NCBI GenBank assembly: GCA_030390025.1 | Contig: CM059432.1 | Coordinates: 107,696,001 to 107,760,000 of the forward strand | Origin: Squalus acanthias | Taxonomy: Eukaryota | Direction: 5' to 3' | Length of the DNA stretch: 64,000 bases | Part shown: positions 60,261 to 64,000 of the stretch, piece by piece | How the letters are laid out: the number at the start of each line of letters is the position of its first letter | Position numbering within the stretch: position 1 is the stretch's first letter | Position numbers and translations under genes: made by a program | The notes under the pieces: model-generated | The model's database searches: none | Told to the model about the DNA's origin: nothing | Seen by the model: the letters and a program-made list of their open reading frames with translations, nothing else

Positions 60261-61217
60261 TTGCAATGCTGTCAGGAACATAGGAATTGCTAGATGAAAA
60301 AAGACGAGGTATATCTAGTTCACCTTTTACCATCCTGGTAGTCACATGATACAACAATAATAGAGTTGTTGACTAATCATAGCAATCAATCTCTATCAAT
60401 TGGTCTACAACAGACCCAGACATGCTGCGAGGAAAACCCCCAGTGGTGGAGAGCTTTGGGAACCATAGGTTCAAAGTCACCTGTTCCTCCCAAGCAAGCT
60501 ACACTTACCACATGTCATGTCTCAAATTACTCATACACTGTATCTGAAAGAAATCTATCTAATTTGCTATGATTTGAATTTGAAATTCATTAAATTTGAA
60601 TGAATCAATACTAAATGCTTCCATAGTCTCCCGAGAGTGTCTGTTTCACAGATTGCCCACTTGTTTCCGCATACTAAATTTGAATTTACCCCCCTTCAAG
60701 CTCAGGCCATGTCTCTTAATCTCCTCCATTTTCACACTTTGCCAATCAATGGTCAGTAGCCAATCAGATAAGACAACCAGACTCATTCATTCCTCTCCAA
60801 TTTGTTGGCATTTTATTCTTCTCACTTTCCTTCCCAGATCACAAGTCATTCTAGTTCCAGACCTTGGAAATCTTTACAAAACTCATCAGATACACCAGAA
60901 GTCTGAGTCATGACATCTCAAGAACCTTGCAAATTGGCCACTTAGTTTCCATGGCAGAATCTTCACTAGTGAGAACTCATTAAATATTAATGGCTAAAAG
61001 CTGGTGCAGCAGTTTATTTTTTTTAAATAGTTAAAAATCCAGTTAAATGAACAACTTGATTCTCTTTTGCCCAGTTTTCACCCATGAGAGAGACACAGGG
61101 ACAACATTTATATTTGTTTTAATAAACATAAAGCGTTGAAGGTTATGGCAGAGATAATACAACTCACTACCAGGCCACGCGCCGCACTGCATAAAATCAC
61201 AGGGAAGTGTTCTCCCC

Positions 61218-61617
61218 TCCCACTCCAGAGACTTGAGCACATAATCTAAGCTGACACTTCAGTGCAGTACTGAGGGAGTGCTGCACTGTTGGAGGTGCCA
61301 TTTTTCTGATGAGACGTTAAACCGAGGCCCCGTGTACCCTCTCAAGAGGACGTAAAAGATCCCACGGCACTATTTGAAGAAGAGCAGGAGAGTTCTTTCC
61401 GGTGTCCTGGCCAATATTTATCCCTCAACCAATACTAAAACTGATGCTTTATTTCATTGCTGTTTGTGAGAGTTTGCTGTGCGCTAATTGGCTGCTGCGG
61501 TTCCTACATTACAATAGTGACTGCACTTCAAAAAAAGTACTTTATTGGCTATAAAGCACGTTGGGACGTTCTGAGGTCGTGAAAGGTGCTATATAAATGC
61601 AAGTCTTTCTTCTTTCT
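61218..61617 (+). mobile_element. Deu-domain (SacSINE1-like) SINE, best-preserved copy
   Basis: GATGAGACGTTAAACCGAGGCCCC...GACGTAAAAGATCCC core; L2-type tail CTATATAAATGCAAGT(CTTT)n. Family name is from recall. Confidence 0.75.
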
Positions 61618-63169
61618 AATAGTTAAAGGGGTGAAGGAGAATCCCGCACACAATTCATCCCTCTTTGATAAAAATGCAATCAATCGAAACTCTGTGCAGC
61701 TCTTGGGGAACCACATCAATGACTCACTTCAAACGTCTGGTCGATTGAGCGATTTTACTTTCTAAATATGGGGATGCTAAGGTTAGCAACCGGGGCCCAG
61801 CCTGACTAGAAATGGATTGATTGTTGCCAAGTACAAACATAAATCCATCAGACCTATAGCTCGTACGGTACAGCTCCGTAGTTTCTTTAGGGGAAAACTT
61901 GATCTCTTGCCCGATTGGCAGAGGAAGGAATGGGGCAAGAAGTTAAAATGGAGTTGCACCATTTCTCCGCTCTGTCCCCGGTGAATCCCCAGTTTAACTT
62001 TGGTAGGCCTCATTAATAAATGTACATGGGGACCCAGATGGCATTTTAACCCTATCCTGAGCGGGGTTCTTGATGCGGCCATCTCGCCAGATACAGCTGT
62101 TGGGAAGCCAGCAAGACCACAGAAAGTAAGTGAAAATAACGTTTCTTAGTGGGGTCAGGAGGAGCACGAGTGGACCTCTGGACCCCACATGGAAAGTCCA
62201 GGCCTCTGCAGCACTGAGCTCCCTGCTCCCTGGCTGCAAGACCCTTGGATCGCCCCCCTGCTGCCTCCGTGACTCACCTTGCTGTTGACAACCTTCTCTT
62301 GCTGCCAGTTGGTGGCCTCTGGGCTGCCCGATCTGTGTCGCCAAAACCTGCAAGCGGCTGACCAGTGGCATTGAACCCCTAGGCCTTGGCCTCCGACTCA
62401 AAGCTGTGGGTGGGCATGCTGTCCACTCCCTACCGGCTTCCCATCGCGAATTAACATTGCCCCTTTTAAATTTCAGTTCCCGTTGAGCACCATTCTGCCC
62501 GGACTGAATCACAGTCTGAGCCTTGCAATATAAAGGAGGCATTGATCCGGGACGTCTATACACCCTTCAGACATAGAGTGGGATCAGAGAGAACAGTATC
62601 TTATTAAACTCCACAACATAAAGTGGTCGTGTATTATGACGGCTTATGATTCCATAGTTCTGCTGCTTCCTTAGTTACTGTTCTTTATTGGTGACAAGGC
62701 TGTGGTTTGTTCTGTTTATGAGCTCGGCTTGACAGCACTTTATTGTGGAAATTAGGTGGGATAAGAACATGTTGCAGCCAAAGGCCATAGTGACAGTGAG
62801 AGATGTCTTGTGCATTTAACCCTCGTAGTTACTGGGAATGGAGAGAAGGTTTGGAGAAAGGGCACTAATTGGCCAATTATCCCCCGCATCTCTGCTTCTG
62901 AAAACGCTGGTTATTGCTGCATTTTAACTTCTCCACTGGTTCCACATCTCCCAGTGAATTGGTTTTCAAATGTTTAACCTTGCTTATAAATCCCTCCCTG
63001 GGAGCAAGCCTTTGTCTTAGTGGTAGTATTCCCACCTCTGAGTCAGAAGGTGCAGGATTCGAACCCTGCTCCAGACTGTCCCAGCGAGTGGAGACCAGAG
63101 CTCTGACTCTGAACTCTGGGTTGACATCCAGTGCAATACTTGCATCTGGTTGGTGTGGGTGACCATCCT

Positions 63170-63580
63170 CTTCATATGAGCCATGCAAGCTCAGACAGCT
63201 GCCATTGTGGCTTTGGGGCCACTCTTGAAAGAAGCTTCCGGGCGTCATATCATTCCAGCACTCTGTTCTCCAGCAGAGCCCTAGGAGTGCTGAGGTGCTG
63301 CCCCAGGAGAGTGGCCTTGGCTCCATGGGCGAGGCACCTGCTGTCCTCTCTCAGGATAGCAGCATGCCTGCTCCTCTGCCAGACACTCCACCAGCGTCCT
63401 TGCTGGTGACACTCAGCCAGCCGGCTTAGACTGATGCAACCCACACCAAGATGCTGCAGTTTGCAGGAGGGCGCTCTAGGCTCAGAGGTGCTCAAGGTCA
63501 TCCTCCAAGGCTATCTAAAGTGTTCTCAATGGAAGCTCAGCAGCCTTCCACCTCCCAAGCTGTAGCCACTGGGGAAATGC
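63170..63580 (+). mobile_element. Degraded Harbinger Myb exon 3 fragment (family B)
   Basis: CCTGCTGTCCTCTCTCAGGAT and CAGCCTTCCACC...GCCACTGGGG match 11423 and 11627. Confidence 0.7.
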
Positions 63581-64000
63581 AGAAACATAGGACCCTAATT
63601 CAAATAAATGATTCTTGGCTTTAAATGTTGCCACCATTTGCTTCCTGCCTGGGGCTGGGTAGACCGAAAACAGGTGCTGCAAACTGAATTTCTGGACCAG
63701 AGTTCAACAGTAACTTATCAACTCAGCTAATATATGTGGATCCATCTTTCCAAAAGAATGGATGATGAAATTAGACCTAATGTTGGGAAAACAAATTGAC
63801 CAATTCGATGAATTCATTTGGTCCAGCTGCCTTGGAGGTATTTCATTCAAGTTCCTTAATAACAGGTTTGTTTTATCAGTTCCCAAGCCAAACCTTGCAG
63901 TTTGACTAGAGTCTGCAGTTCTGAAGACTGACGTTATTGAACTCATCTGCCAAGACCTGATCCTTTGTGTTTTTTTCCCAATGTATTATCCCCTAAAGGA

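Noticed and set aside
61900..62520. Further MITE-like GC-rich segments (also ~59525-59875 and ~23110-23450)
   Set aside because: Probably old non-autonomous elements, but paired TIRs and TSDs could not be established.
63704..63946. 80-aa minus-strand ORF at the window end
   Set aside because: No recognisable motif or supported gene structure; context is cut by the window edge.

Overview
This is eukaryotic (vertebrate) DNA made almost entirely of nested transposable elements. I could not support any host protein-coding gene, tRNA, rRNA or CRISPR array. The repeat mix suggests a cartilaginous fish (inference): CR1-clade LINEs with esterase ORF1, Deu-domain/SacSINE1-like SINEs, L2 fragments and GIY-YIG Penelope-like elements (PLEs). 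Main contents: (i) a 39-bp minisatellite; (ii) six large PIF/Harbinger elements with convergent transposase and three-exon Myb/SANT genes, one nearly intact (39528-43749), plus a separate divergent Myb relic; (iii) several Harbinger-type MITEs, two of which form a ~1.8-kb palindrome inside a CR1 tail; (iv) two near-full-length CR1 LINEs with different 5' UTRs and many CR1 fragments; (v) a 1.4-kb solo LTR; (vi) three PLE insertions carrying four copies of a minimal, probably dimer-acting hammerhead ribozyme, including a 150-bp ORF-less ribozyme-bearing insertion with its own target-site duplication (TSD). TIR = terminal inverted repeat. Coordinates were read by eye: TIR/TSD boundaries should be near exact, fragment boundaries are approximate.
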